From NCBI GenBank assembly GCA_963558435.1, contig CAUWGM010000010.1, forward strand, positions 1,432 to 65,431: a stretch of DNA of 64,000 bases. The letters run 5' to 3'. The position numbers were made by a program, and so were the translations under genes. The notes below the pieces were generated by a model that did no database searches, was not told the origin of the DNA, and saw nothing but the letters and a program-made list of their open reading frames with translations. This DNA is from an uncultured Collinsella sp. (GTDB lineage Bacteria > Actinomycetota > Coriobacteriia > Coriobacteriales > Coriobacteriaceae). Position 1 is the first letter of the stretch. Each line of letters opens with the position of its first letter. Shown piece after piece: positions 1 to 9,292 of the stretch.

Positions 1-416
1 AACGCCGCGGCCGTATCGCCTGCGGGATCAGCCACAAGCGCCCGCGCGCCGGCAATCGCCGCCACCTTGGAGGCGTTGATGATCGCATCGCGCAGAAGGG
101 CGGCGCCAAGACCCATCCCCTTGAAGTCGTCGTCCACGCCCAGCATCCCCAAAAGCACGGCGGGGACCTGGGAGGGGGCGTTGCGGGCGAGCCATCCCCC
201 GCCGATGTCGGACCGCACAACAGAATGCGTGCTCAGCGTATAGAAGCCCGCCACGCGCCCGGCGCAGCGCGACACGTAAACCACGGCCGTGCCCCGAGCG
301 CGGGCGGTTGCGGCATGGCGCACAGCCCATTCGTCAACGATTTCGACGCCGCAATGGAAACCCTCTATGCCCTCCCCCGCCGCAAGCTGGACGGGCCGGG
401 AAAACCCAGCCGTCAT
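1..416 (-). CDS. GNAT-family acetyltransferase toxin (TacT-like), partial; 3' end runs off the window
   Basis: Absent from the ORF track because there is no stop in the window. Manual translation from ATG at 416-414 gives MTAGFSRPVQLAAGEGIEGFHCGVEIVDEWAVRHAATARARGTAVVYVSRCAGRVAGFYTLSTHSVV...LLGMLGVDDDFKGMGLGAALLRDAIINASKVAAIAGARALVADP. This is a GNAT-like acetyl-CoA pocket pattern. The start overlaps the stop of the upstream DUF1778 gene (ATGA). Confidence 0.7.
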   Translation of the reverse strand, partial: MTAGFSRPVQLAAGEGIEGFHCGVEIVDEWAVRHAATARARGTAVVYVSRCAGRVAGFYTLSTHSVVRSDIGGGWLARNAPSQVPAVLLGMLGVDDDFKGMGLGAALLRDAIINASKVAAIAGARALVADPAGDTAAA

Positions 417-685
417 ACCCAGATCTCCTCACGGGCAAGGAGCTCGCGAGTCGACTCCGGCAGCGGAGCGTCGAGCATCGAGCAAAACTCCTCAAATGCG
501 GGCCCCGCGAGCCGGGTCAGGCGCGCAGCCTCTATATCTGCCGCTGCCGCCTCATCGAGCTTGGAGGTCGACCACTGCGTGAGCGTCTGGCCCTTGAGCG
601 CCGCCGCCTCCTCATAACTAGCTCGTTGAGAGCCAGTTAGCCTCAGGTCCATCCTGCAGGGCTTTTCCAAAGCAAGCGTTGCCAT
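413..685 (-). CDS. DUF1778/TacA-like RHH antitoxin
   Basis: Internal Met of ORF 413..856: MATLALEKPCRMDLRLTGSQRASYEEAAALKGQTLTQWSTSKLDEAAAADIEAARLTRL..., preceded by AGGAGGA. It is translationally coupled to the GNAT gene downstream. Confidence 0.7.
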   Translation of the reverse strand: MATLALEKPCRMDLRLTGSQRASYEEAAALKGQTLTQWSTSKLDEAAAADIEAARLTRLAGPAFEEFCSMLDAPLPESTRELLAREEIWV

Positions 686-928
686 GTCATCCTCCTCTTG
701 AGCTAGCATACGTACGGGATTGCTCCGTACAAGTATGGTACCACAGGTCAAGCGCGATTGGGTGCCGGCGTGGCGCTGACACTCGCTTCCAGCTGGTTCC
801 ACTCCGACATACCCGCCGGCTACAGCGGACGCGCGGCGTCTCCTGGTCGTCCACAACGAAAGGAGCCACAGGTCAATCCTGGGCGATAACGCGCCGAGCG
901 AATTTTGCAGCAGCTATTGCACAATTGA

Positions 929-1576
929 TCATGCCGAGGGCTTGAGCCACCAGTCCACGTCGACGCTGCATTCAACGTCGATCGGCTCGGGATGGAGATC
1001 CGGCATGGAACTTGCCGCGCCGTTCGGGGCCGCGCAGCCGTCGGCACAAGCAACGTCCCAGAAACAGGAATCCCCGCTACGGTTGTAGCGAATCTCCTTT
1101 ACGCCGGCGAGCTCCATCCCAGCCGCAGCCGCGAGCGCCTCGGCACTCAGCCGGGCCTTCGCGACCGCGGCGCCTATCAGGCTCCGTTCCTCGGCGTCTT
1201 CGTCGCTAAGCTCGAAGTGCAGGTTCACCCGAGCCGTTGAGACCCGGCCGGCGAGCGCCGCCCAAATGGCGGCGATATCATGACCCTCCCGCTTAAACTT
1301 GAGCGTCGCGGAGCAATAGTACTCGTAACCCGTGACGACAGCGCGACGACCGGATGTGCACACGTAGGAGGAATACCCATCGAAGCCCAGCGCATCGGCA
1401 ATGCCGAAGGGCTCGAGCGCGCGAATCACGCGATCTTGCTCCGCAGCAAAATCATCGGCGCACTCCTGCTGGGTCTCGCACTTCTTACCAAAACGCAGAG
1501 TGAAAACCGCGATGTCCGGGTCGACCTTGTCTTCCACCGTTGCACTCACCTTGACGATTGCGAGGTTATCGGACAT
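929..1576 (-). CDS. SIMPL/DUF541-like protein
   Basis: ORF 929..1654. The likely start is MSDNLAIVKVSATVEDKVDPDIAVFTLRF..., and the pattern resembles SIMPL-domain proteins. Start choice is uncertain (Met at 1576 or 1597). Confidence 0.5.
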   Translation of the reverse strand: MSDNLAIVKVSATVEDKVDPDIAVFTLRFGKKCETQQECADDFAAEQDRVIRALEPFGIADALGFDGYSSYVCTSGRRAVVTGYEYYCSATLKFKREGHDIAAIWAALAGRVSTARVNLHFELSDEDAEERSLIGAAVAKARLSAEALAAAAGMELAGVKEIRYNRSGDSCFWDVACADGCAAPNGAASSMPDLHPEPIDVECSVDVDWWLKPSA

Positions 1577-2111
1577 GTGAACCAACCATCCTTCCATATC
1601 TGCGGCCCTTGGACTGCCAGCCAGCCTTCTATGCCGACGGGTCAATTGAAACACCTCGTGAAGACAATCTTTCGCTGCGGCGATCAGCCTACCTCCAAGC
1701 GCACTGGATTTCGACGAGCCATGTTCATCGATCGAAATCTGGAACTAGCAAATTCCAATTTGCAAGCTATGCCCAAGACGCCACGCTCAATAACTCGGCA
1801 ATTACAGCTGCCGAATTTCCGTTCTCCGATAAAGAGCCCCTCACACCCGCGTGCCGACCCCCTGCCCTTGCATCCGGTCCTGCAGATCATCTAGCAAAGG
1901 AAAGCGCTTGGCAGAGTAGACGTTTCTATTGACGAGAGCAGTTATCGAAAAGAAATCAGAGATACGAAAACGGGGGCAGAACCGCCCTTCGCGATCCCGC
2001 CCCGATAAGCCCGACGGCTTTGCCAGCTGCGGCTATTGCGGCAAACCCATCGCCTTCATGAAGCGACCCGCGGCGAGCACGACCCTTGACGACGTTCGAG
2101 CAGCTTGCTAG

Positions 2112-2439
2112 CTACAGCGCCTCGATGCGCGGCGTCTCCTGGTCGTCCACGACGAAGGAGCCGTCGTCCAGCTCCGCGATGCGGGCGTTGAGCTTGCCCA
2201 GAAGCTCGAGCATGAGGGGCTTGTCGGCCTTTTCCTGCTCCTCGTTGAACCAGCAGGCCTGGTCGTGCGAGTCAAACTCGTAATAAGACGAGTACAGCTC
2301 ACAAATCTGATCGTTGAGAGCCTGCAGAGCCACGTCGTTGTCGATCACGGAGATGCCAGTTCGAGTCTTCGCCGTCGATGAATTCGTCCTTCCACAAGGG
2401 GCCGGCTAGGAAGTCGAGTGAGATCATGAGAGTCTTCAT
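2112..2439 (-). pseudogene. Small immunity-like protein, frameshifted (two overlapping frames)
   Basis: MKTLMISLDFLAGPLWKDEFIDGEDSN (frame of ORF 2299..2589, Met at 2439, GAAAGG RBS) continues in another frame as GISVIDNDVALQALNDQICELYSSYYEFDSHDQACWFNEEQEK...DGSFVVDDQETPRIEAL (ORF 2112..2348). This implies a 1-nt indel near 2350-2362. Confidence 0.45.
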
Positions 2440-2603
2440 TACCGCGCCTTTCTGTTCTTCAACGGGTAGGCGCTGACCATGAAGCCGTTTAAGCCTATTC
2501 CCGTGAGAAGAATGCGATTGCCATTGTATTCGTAAATACGCTCGTAGCCCTCTCGGCCGTTGGTTTTCTTGATCTTGTTGGAGGGCCAAAGGAAGCCTGC
2601 AAA
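2439..2603 (-). pseudogene. Start-less C-terminal fragment of an upstream gene (possible toxin-domain relic)
   Basis: 54 open codons, FAGFLWPSNKIKKTNGREGYERIYEYNGNRILLTGIGLNGFMVSAYPLKNRKAR*, bounded upstream by TGA with no start codon. Its TAA overlaps the ATG of the next gene (TAATG). Confidence 0.3.
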
Positions 2604-2682
2604 TCAGCCATTTTGCCTATGGCGGAGTTATTCTGAAAACGCAAAGCCATGACAGGCGGCCTGCAAAGTGCAGGTTACTTGC

Positions 2683-2704
2683 TATAATTATGTTCATAAT
2701 TATG
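2683..2704 (+). promoter_or_regulatory. Putative -10 (TATAAT) plus tandem ATAATTATG operator repeat upstream of the phd/relE-like operon
   Basis: TATAAT at 2683-2688. ATAATTATG occurs at 2684-2692 and 2696-2704, 14-34 nt upstream of the ATG at 2718 (RBS AAGGAGG). Confidence 0.35.
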
Positions 2705-2717
2705 CAAGGAGGTCCTT

Positions 2718-2987
2718 ATGCCAGTCTGTGTTCCCGTGAAAGACATGCGCGACACCTCTCGCTTCGCCGAGCTGGTGGAGTCTTCTGCCGGTCCGGTCAC
2801 GGTCACTAAAAACGGATACAGTAAATTCGTCGTGATGCGCTCCGAGGATTACGATCGCATGGAGGCCGAGCTTGCCCGTGCGCGCCTGATGGGGCGCATC
2901 GCCCTGGCGGAGCGGGAACGAAACGACGGCCTCGCAAAAGACGCCTTCGAATCCCTAGCATCTATCGAGGCAAAGTATGGCCTATGA
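2718..2987 (+). CDS. Phd/YefM-family antitoxin
   Basis: MPVCVPVKDMRDTSRFAELVESSAGPVTVTKNGYSKFVVMRSEDYDRMEAE...; overlaps the downstream toxin gene. Confidence 0.8.
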   Translation: MPVCVPVKDMRDTSRFAELVESSAGPVTVTKNGYSKFVVMRSEDYDRMEAELARARLMGRIALAERERNDGLAKDAFESLASIEAKYGL

Positions 2988-3276
2988 CGTCAAGATCCTC
3001 CCGACGGCGGAGATCGAGGTCGAGGGCATCGTCGAGTACCTCAGCGGATTTGGCATGCAGCCCGCCCGCCGTTTCGTCGAGGAGTATCGACATCAGCTCG
3101 AGCTGCTCGCAAGCGGCGTTATCGACTACGGGCTATGCAAGTTGCCAGAGGCCGCGAAGCTGGGATACCACGCCTGCCGCGTCAACTCCTACATCATGCT
3201 GCACTACTTTGAGGGCGATGCGGTCGTCATTGCCCACGTGTTTCACCAAAGGCAGGACTACGCCCGACTGGTGTAG
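2977..3276 (+). CDS. RelE/ParE-family toxin
   Basis: MAYDVKILPTAEIEVEGIVEYLSGF...NSYIMLHYFEGDAVVIAHVFHQRQDY; 11-nt overlap with the antitoxin gene. Confidence 0.8.
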   Translation: MAYDVKILPTAEIEVEGIVEYLSGFGMQPARRFVEEYRHQLELLASGVIDYGLCKLPEAAKLGYHACRVNSYIMLHYFEGDAVVIAHVFHQRQDYARLV

Positions 3277-3975
3277 CAACGGATTTTGATATCACGACAG
3301 AAACAGACATGTGCGCACGTGCCCACATTGCTGCATCTACATCGACCCTCCCCTTAATCCGGACAGAATCAGGACATGTTCTGATTAATTGAGACATGTC
3401 CTGACAGGCAGCAGTTCAACCACCGTTCAAGTGTTCATTGCCCGAACCACGCCCGGCCCTCTCTTCATGAGAATGATCTCCGAGGATGCCGCACGCACTG
3501 ACAGGCCCCCGTCGCCGCGCTCCCTCATTGTCCTAAATTCCCTAAAAGGCAAGCGAAGACCGTCTGCCCCGAGCTTTTTGAACAGGTCCCCCCTCTCTGA
3601 CACGGTGGCCTGCTCGGCCCTCGGCAATCTTATCGAGGTGGGCCCCGTGAAGCCAGGGGTCAAGGAAGCACCAGGGCGTACGCGCTGAACAAGAGCGTGT
3701 ACGCCCGCGCGGAAGAAGAGACTGGGCACATACGGCAAGCAGATATCGATAAGGCGCGCCTGTTCAGCGCCGAGAGGACAAGCAGGTCAACAGCTTGGCC
3801 GAAACATAGTTCATCGGACGAGATGGGACTGCGACCTTTTTCCTAGACAATCCTGCGCCGTGTAGCCCGGTGCGAGACGGTATAGGTGCAAGAATTCGTC
3901 CGCAGCCCCATGTCTTATAATGAATGTCAATAGTTAAGCGCACAACTTTCGCAATTTCGTAGATAGGTTTCTCCC

Positions 3976-6900
3976 ATGGTTTTCGATAAAGAGGCCACTT
4001 TCGAAGAAGCGGTCATCACTGTGCTGAAGCAACACGGCTGGGACGACGCGGAGGGAGTGCTTCGCTATCCCACCGAGCAGGTCCTCATAGACAACTGGGC
4101 GAAGATTCTGTTCCAGAACAACGCCGGCATAGACCGCCTGAACGGCTGCCCGCTCACCCAGGGCGAGATGGCGCAGGTCATCGAACAAATCGAAACGCTC
4201 AAGACCCCACTCGCACTCAACGGGTTCATCAACGGAAAGACCATCGCCATCACGCGCGACAACCCCGAAGACGCGCTTCACCTGGGCAAGGAGGTGAGCC
4301 TGAAGATTTATGATCGTCAGGAGATCGCAGCCGGCCAGAGTCGCTACCAGATAGCTCAGCAGCCGGTCTATCCTGCGAAGAACAAGATCCTAAACGACCG
4401 TCGTGGAGACCTGTGCCTGCTCATCAATGGCATGCCGGTCATCCATATCGAGCTCAAGCGCAGCGGCATCCCCGTCAGCCAGGCCACTGGTCAAATCGAG
4501 AAGTATGCCCACGAGGGCGTGTTCACGGGACTCTTCCGCCTGACGCAGATCTTCGTGGGGATGACCCCCGACGAGGCGCGCTATTTCGCCAACCCTGGCA
4601 CGGGCGCGTTCAACCCGAACTTCTTCTTCCACTGGGAGGACTTCAACAACGAGCCCGTCTGCGCGGGCGACAAACCCGGAACCGACGAATGGAAACGCTT
4701 CACCTCCACGCTGCTTTCCATTCCAATGGCGCACCAGCTCATTGGCTTCTACACCGTGGCCGACAGCTCGGACGGTTGCCTGAAAGTCATGCGCAGCTAC
4801 CAGTACTACGCAGCCGCCGCCATATCCGACAAGGTGCGCAGGTGCAAATGGGACGAGAGACCCAAGAGCAGCACCCCGGGGCGCCCCGGCGGTTACATAT
4901 GGCATACCACCGGCTCCGGCAAGACCATGACGAGCTTCAAATCTGCCCAGCTCATAGCCGACTCACGAGACGCCGACAAGGTGATCTTTCTCATGGACCG
5001 CATCGAGCTGGGCACGCAGTCGCTCTCCGAGTATCGCGCGTTCGCAGACGACGCCGACGACGTGCAGGGGACCGAGAACACGCAGGTGCTGAAGTCGAAG
5101 CTCGCGAGCGACGACCCCAAGAACCGCCTCATCGTGACCTCTATCCAAAAGATGAGCAACGTGAAAGCTGGTGAGGGCAGAATCACTCAGGCGGAGCTCG
5201 ACCACCTAGCCTCAAAGCGAATCGTGTTCATCATCGACGAGTGCCACCGCTCCACTTTCGGCGATATGCTCCAGGACATACGCCGCGCGTTCCCCAACGC
5301 GCTGTTCTTCGGCTTCACAGGTACGCCGATCCTCGACGAGAACCAGAAGAAGGGCTCCACCACCGCCATGGTGTTCGGCGAGTGCCTGCACCGCTACAGC
5401 ATCGCAGACGGCATCCGCGACGGCAATGTCTTGGGCTTCGACCCATATATGGTGACGACTTTCGACGACCACGACGTGCGCGAAGCGGTTGCCTTAGAGC
5501 AAGCGAAAGCCGCAACAGTAGCCGAAGCCATCTTCGACGATCGAAAGAGCAAGGTCTTCTACTACTATATGGACTCGGCAAAGGTCCCCATGGGACCGAT
5601 GGTCGACAGCGCTGGCAACCACATCAAGGGCATTGAGGACTTCCTGACCCGCGCTCAGTACTGGCCCGATACGCCGCACCACGGCAAGGTCGTCGAGGAC
5701 GTGCTGCGGCACTTCCCTGTGCTTTCCCACGGCAACAAGTTCCACGCAATTCTGGCGACGAGTTCCATCCCCGAGGCTATTGATTACTACCGCGCCTTCA
5801 AGAGGGAGGCACCGCAGATGAAGGTGACGGCGCTCTTCGACCCAAGCATCGACAACGATGCCGGCTCCACTGTGAAGGAGGACGCTCTGGTCGAACTTAT
5901 CGAGGACTACAACAAAGCATATGGCCAGGAGTTTACCATTCCCACCTGGCCCGCCATGAAGAAGGACATCTCAGCGCGCCTTTCCCATAAGAAGCCCTAC
6001 GTCAACGTCGACGCCAACCGCGAGAGCCGCATCGACCTGCTCATCGTGGTGGACCAGATGCTCACGGGCTTCGACTCCAAGTGGCTCAACACGCTCTATC
6101 TCGACAAGGTCATCGACTACGAGAGCATCATCCAGGCCTTCAGCCGCACCAACCGCCTGTTCGGCCCTGACAAACCCTTCGGCACCATCCGCTATTACCG
6201 CCGTCCCCATACTATGAAGGGCTACATCGAGGCCGCGGTGAAGCTGTACTCGGGCGACCGCCCGCTCGACATGTTCGTGCAGAAGCTCCCGGACAATATC
6301 GCGCTGATGGACGCGCGCCTTCAGGAGATACTCATGGTCTTCGAGGCAGCTGGCGTAGGAGACCTCTCCAAGCTCCCCGCATCGCAGGAAGCCAGGCGTA
6401 AGTTCGCCAAGGAGTTCGTCGAGCTCAACGAGTTCCTCGAGGCCGCGAAGGTGCAGGGCTTCACATGGGAGCAGGACACCTATGAATTCGAGGAGGAGCC
6501 GGAAGAAGGCGAGCCGAGGGGCAAGTCCTTCTTCGTGCAGCCGGTCATCGACGAGCGGGCCTACCTCATCCTCGTGCAGCGCTACAAGGAGCTGTTCGCA
6601 GGAGGGGGCGGCCCTGGCGACGCGCCTGAAGCGCCCTACGAGCTTGATGGTCATATAACTGAGATCGACACGGGGCTCATAGACAGCGACTACATGAACG
6701 CGAACTTCGAGAAGTGGCTGAAATGCCTTGAGCAGGACGACGAGGGGCTCGCCGCCGCGCGCGAGGAGCTCCACCGATCGTTCGCGTCCCTGAGCCAGGA
6801 TGACCAGCGCTTCGCCGAGCTGTTCCTTCACGACGTCGAACGAGGGGACGCCGCCCTGGAAGACGGCATGACGCTGAGGGATTACATCACGACCTATGCA

Positions 6901-7176
6901 CGCAGGGCGAAAAACGCTCAGGTCGAGCGAGTCGTTGAGGCGCTCGGCATAGATGGCGATCTTCTTGCCACCATGGCTGCGCTCGACCTGGCGGAATCGA
7001 ACATTAACGAGTTCGGGCGCTTCGACGATTTGAAGGACTCGGTGGACAAAGCGCGCGCCAAGGCCTTCTTTGAGCAGAAGGAGGGCAAGACGCTTCCCCT
7101 GTTCAAAGTGAACACCCGTGCGGCGGCGCTGTTGAAGAAGTTCATCCTGGAAGGCGGCTTCGACATCGACGAATGA
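3976..7176 (+). CDS. hsdR: Type I restriction enzyme R subunit
   Basis: 1066 aa with helicase motifs HTTGSGKT, FIIDECHRS and QAFSRTNR, and an N-terminal nuclease-like region. Lies next to hsdS/hsdM genes. Confidence 0.95.
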   Translation: MVFDKEATFEEAVITVLKQHGWDDAEGVLRYPTEQVLIDNWAKILFQNNAGIDRLNGCPLTQGEMAQVIEQIETLKTPLALNGFINGKTIAITRDNPEDALHLGKEVSLKIYDRQEIAAGQSRYQIAQQPVYPAKNKILNDRRGDLCLLINGMPVIHIELKRSGIPVSQATGQIEKYAHEGVFTGLFRLTQIFVGMTPDEARYFANPGTGAFNPNFFFHWEDFNNEPVCAGDKPGTDEWKRFTSTLLSIPMAHQLIGFYTVADSSDGCLKVMRSYQYYAAAAISDKVRRCKWDERPKSSTPGRPGGYIWHTTGSGKTMTSFKSAQLIADSRDADKVIFLMDRIELGTQSLSEYRAFADDADDVQGTENTQVLKSKLASDDPKNRLIVTSIQKMSNVKAGEGRITQAELDHLASKRIVFIIDECHRSTFGDMLQDIRRAFPNALFFGFTGTPILDENQKKGSTTAMVFGECLHRYSIADGIRDGNVLGFDPYMVTTFDDHDVREAVALEQAKAATVAEAIFDDRKSKVFYYYMDSAKVPMGPMVDSAGNHIKGIEDFLTRAQYWPDTPHHGKVVEDVLRHFPVLSHGNKFHAILATSSIPEAIDYYRAFKREAPQMKVTALFDPSIDNDAGSTVKEDALVELIEDYNKAYGQEFTIPTWPAMKKDISARLSHKKPYVNVDANRESRIDLLIVVDQMLTGFDSKWLNTLYLDKVIDYESIIQAFSRTNRLFGPDKPFGTIRYYRRPHTMKGYIEAAVKLYSGDRPLDMFVQKLPDNIALMDARLQEILMVFEAAGVGDLSKLPASQEARRKFAKEFVELNEFLEAAKVQGFTWEQDTYEFEEEPEEGEPRGKSFFVQPVIDERAYLILVQRYKELFAGGGGPGDAPEAPYELDGHITEIDTGLIDSDYMNANFEKWLKCLEQDDEGLAAAREELHRSFASLSQDDQRFAELFLHDVERGDAALEDGMTLRDYITTYARRAKNAQVERVVEALGIDGDLLATMAALDLAESNINEFGRFDDLKDSVDKARAKAFFEQKEGKTLPLFKVNTRAAALLKKFILEGGFDIDE

Positions 7177-7229
7177 GCGGCGATTTTGAATAGGCGAAAT
7201 CGAGAGTTTGTCAATCCGAGGGGGCGTAT

Positions 7230-7760
7230 GTGAGCGTGCGTCCCCTCGCTTCATCTTGGGAACAGCGTAAGTTTGCTGATTTTGTCACCGCATCCGGAAT
7301 CAGGAACTCGGAGAATCTCGAACTACCCAGTTATTCCGTGACCAACGATCGCGGCTTCGTCCCCCAGGATGAACAGTTCGAAAACGGCGGAACGATGCGC
7401 GAGGCCGATAAAACAAGCTATTGGATTGTTGAGCCGAGAAGCTTTGCCTACAACCCAGCCAGAATCAACGTTGGTTCAATCGGCTATCAATCTACCAGCG
7501 GAAATGTAATTGTTAGCTCCCTCTACGAAGTCTTTCGGACTGACGAAACCTGCGACGATCGCTTTCTTTGGCATTGGTTTAAGACGCGGCTGTTTGCACA
7601 GCAAATCGAAATGTTGCAAGAAGGTGGTGTCAGGCTCTATTTCTTCTTCGATAAATTGTTGAAGAGCGTGATCAGCATGCCTTCGATAGATGAGCAGAGA
7701 CTTATCGGCGAGCAATTCGACCGCCTCGACGACCTCATCACCCTTCATCAGCGTGAGCCA
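7230..7760 (+). CDS. hsdS' cassette A: single target-recognition domain, no ATG or RBS, probably a silent donor
   Basis: SWEQRKFADF...IDEQRLIGEQFDRLDDLITLHQRE. Bounded by the conserved WEQRK and LITLHQR repeats. The track ORF reading on to 8033 is read-through into the recombinase gene. Confidence 0.7.
7254..7751. repeat. 498-bp direct repeat, copy 1 (TRD of cassette A)
   Basis: Same sequence as 9789-10286 (offset 2535). The translated TRDs are identical in the ORF track. Confidence 0.85.
7733..7760. repeat. 28-bp perfect inverted repeat, left arm (partner 8730-8757)
   Basis: CCTCATCACCCTTCATCAGCGTGAGCCA versus its reverse complement at 8730-8757. The two arms bracket the recombinase gene. 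Confidence 0.85.
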
Positions 7761-7785
7761 CCTCACACGATGAAAGAGAGTAAAA

Positions 7786-8712
7786 ATGCCAATCGGTATC
7801 AATGGAGAATCACTTTTCTGCGATTACTACTCGCAATGGATCAGCGTCTACAAAGAAGGGGCCATCCGAGAGGTCACCATGGGAAAGTACCGGCTCACAC
7901 AGTCTTGGCTCGCCAAGCTGATTCCAGACCTCAAGATAAAAGATCTCGACCGAACCTCGTACCAGCAGCTCATCAATGGTTACGCAGAGCATCACGAGCG
8001 CCAGACAACCATGGACTTCCACCATCAGCTTAAGGGGGCGATTCTTGACGCAGTTGACGAAGGACTCATCCCCCGCGACCCCACGCGCAAGGCCATCATC
8101 AAAGGGAAGCAGCCGCGTGCCAAAAAGATCAAGTATCTTAACCAGTTTGAGCTTCATGCCATGCTCGGAGACCTCGATTTATCAGGCGGGCCGAGCTGGG
8201 ATTGGCTCATTCTCATAGTCGCTAAAACGGGCCTGCGCTTCTCCGAAGCCCTTGGGCTTACTCCCGAAGACTTCGACTTCGCCCATCAAACGCTTTCGGT
8301 GAACAAAACCTGGGATTACAAGAACGGCGGCGGATTCATCCCAACGAAAAACGCCTCATCGGTCCGGAAGGTCCAACTCGACTGGCAACTCATCATGCAA
8401 CTTTCTGGGCTACTCAAAGACCTTCCGCCGACTGAGCCCATATTTGCGAAGGGAAAAGTCTACAACTCGACGGCTAACAGCATCTTGGCACGCCATTGTA
8501 AAAACGTTGGGGCACCCATCATATCTATCCACGGGCTGAGGCATACTCACGCGTCGCTTCTGCTGTTCGCTGGCGTCTCCATCGCCAGCGTATCTCGAAG
8601 ACTCGGACACGCGAGCATGACTACAACCCAAGAAACCTACTTGCATGTCATCCAAGAGCTCGAGAACAAGGATATTGACATCGTCATGAGGGCCCTTTCG
8701 ACTCTCATTTAA
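7786..8712 (+). CDS. Tyrosine site-specific recombinase (hsdS shufflon invertase candidate)
   Basis: 308 aa with TGLRFSEAL (Arg), HGLRHTHASLL (H-x-x-R) and TQETYLHV (Tyr). Embedded between inverted hsdS cassettes. Confidence 0.9.
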   Translation: MPIGINGESLFCDYYSQWISVYKEGAIREVTMGKYRLTQSWLAKLIPDLKIKDLDRTSYQQLINGYAEHHERQTTMDFHHQLKGAILDAVDEGLIPRDPTRKAIIKGKQPRAKKIKYLNQFELHAMLGDLDLSGGPSWDWLILIVAKTGLRFSEALGLTPEDFDFAHQTLSVNKTWDYKNGGGFIPTKNASSVRKVQLDWQLIMQLSGLLKDLPPTEPIFAKGKVYNSTANSILARHCKNVGAPIISIHGLRHTHASLLLFAGVSIASVSRRLGHASMTTTQETYLHVIQELENKDIDIVMRALSTLI

Positions 8713-9247
8713 CCTGTATCAGCAAATCGTGGCTCACGCTGATGAAGGGTGATGAGGGAATCGAGGTTCGCGAAGTAACGACCTATCTTGGCTGCTTCAC
8801 GGCTGCCAGGGACTGCTATAGCAAATGCTTTAACCTTATCGGCATTTAGATTTCGCTGCGTCCCTGTCGAAATATAAGGTTCCCATTCGAAGCTTGCGTC
8901 CGCTTTTTCGAGTCTCGTGAATACAAAGTCTCTAATGGCGACGTCTTCGAAAACCATGTTATAGAAAGCCTGGCTAGTGGCAGTATCTTGCCTGATAATG
9001 CCTACTTTTCCGACGCTCGCATACATCGCAAGGCTTACTGCGCCAGCTGGAACAATCCATGCCGCACTATTGCGCAAGCCTTCTTTGGTGAGCGTTTTGG
9101 CCGTATGTACAATATCCCTTCCCTCAATGTCGGCAATACTGAGAAAAGGTATTTCTCCCCCGTAGTAATTTGGGTTAGTTGCTGAGGGCGTTCCGCCTGA
9201 GCCGCCCAACTGGATAATTTCACCCAACTTACGCTGTTCCCAAGATG
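8709..9247 (-). CDS. hsdS' cassette B: single TRD, silent
   Basis: PSWEQRKLGEIIQLGGSGGTPSATNPNYYGGEIPFLSIADI...AAKIGRYFANLDSLITLHQRE. The track ORF's N-terminal 30 aa are antisense to cassette C and not credible. Confidence 0.7.
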
Positions 9248-9292
9248 GAGTCGTCCAATTTGGATAACCGCTTGGGAACAGCGTAAGTTGGG
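9223..9292. repeat. Head-to-head 22-bp perfect inverted repeat (9223-9244 / 9271-9292) at the WEQRK-coding ends of cassettes B and C
   Basis: CCCAACTTACGCTGTTCCCAAG and CTTGGGAACAGCGTAAGTTGGG separated by 26 bp. The same 22-mer recurs at 10959-10980 and 11574-11595 in the expressed hsdS. Confidence 0.85.

Noticed and set aside
3300-3975. ORFs 3389..3688 (+) and 3427..3738 (-), plus small inverted repeats (TCAGGACATGT at 3369-3379 with ACATGTCCTGA at 3394-3404) upstream of hsdR
   Set aside because: The ORFs overlap each other and have no motifs or RBS. The 11-bp inverted repeat is real but I cannot assign a function. A TATAAT at 3916-3921 lacks a convincing -35, so no promoter is called.
5971-7254. 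427-aa ORF antisense to hsdR. Similar long antisense or alternate-frame ORFs occur at 13797-15161, 24122-25771, 27365-28816, 31553-32788, 42850-44169, 42921-44969, 45747-47177, 48297-49550 and 56729-58768
   Set aside because: Each overlaps a confidently identified gene on the other strand or in another frame. They have Arg/Ala/Gly/Pro-rich composition and no recognisable motifs. Stop-codon scarcity in ~65-70% GC DNA explains them.
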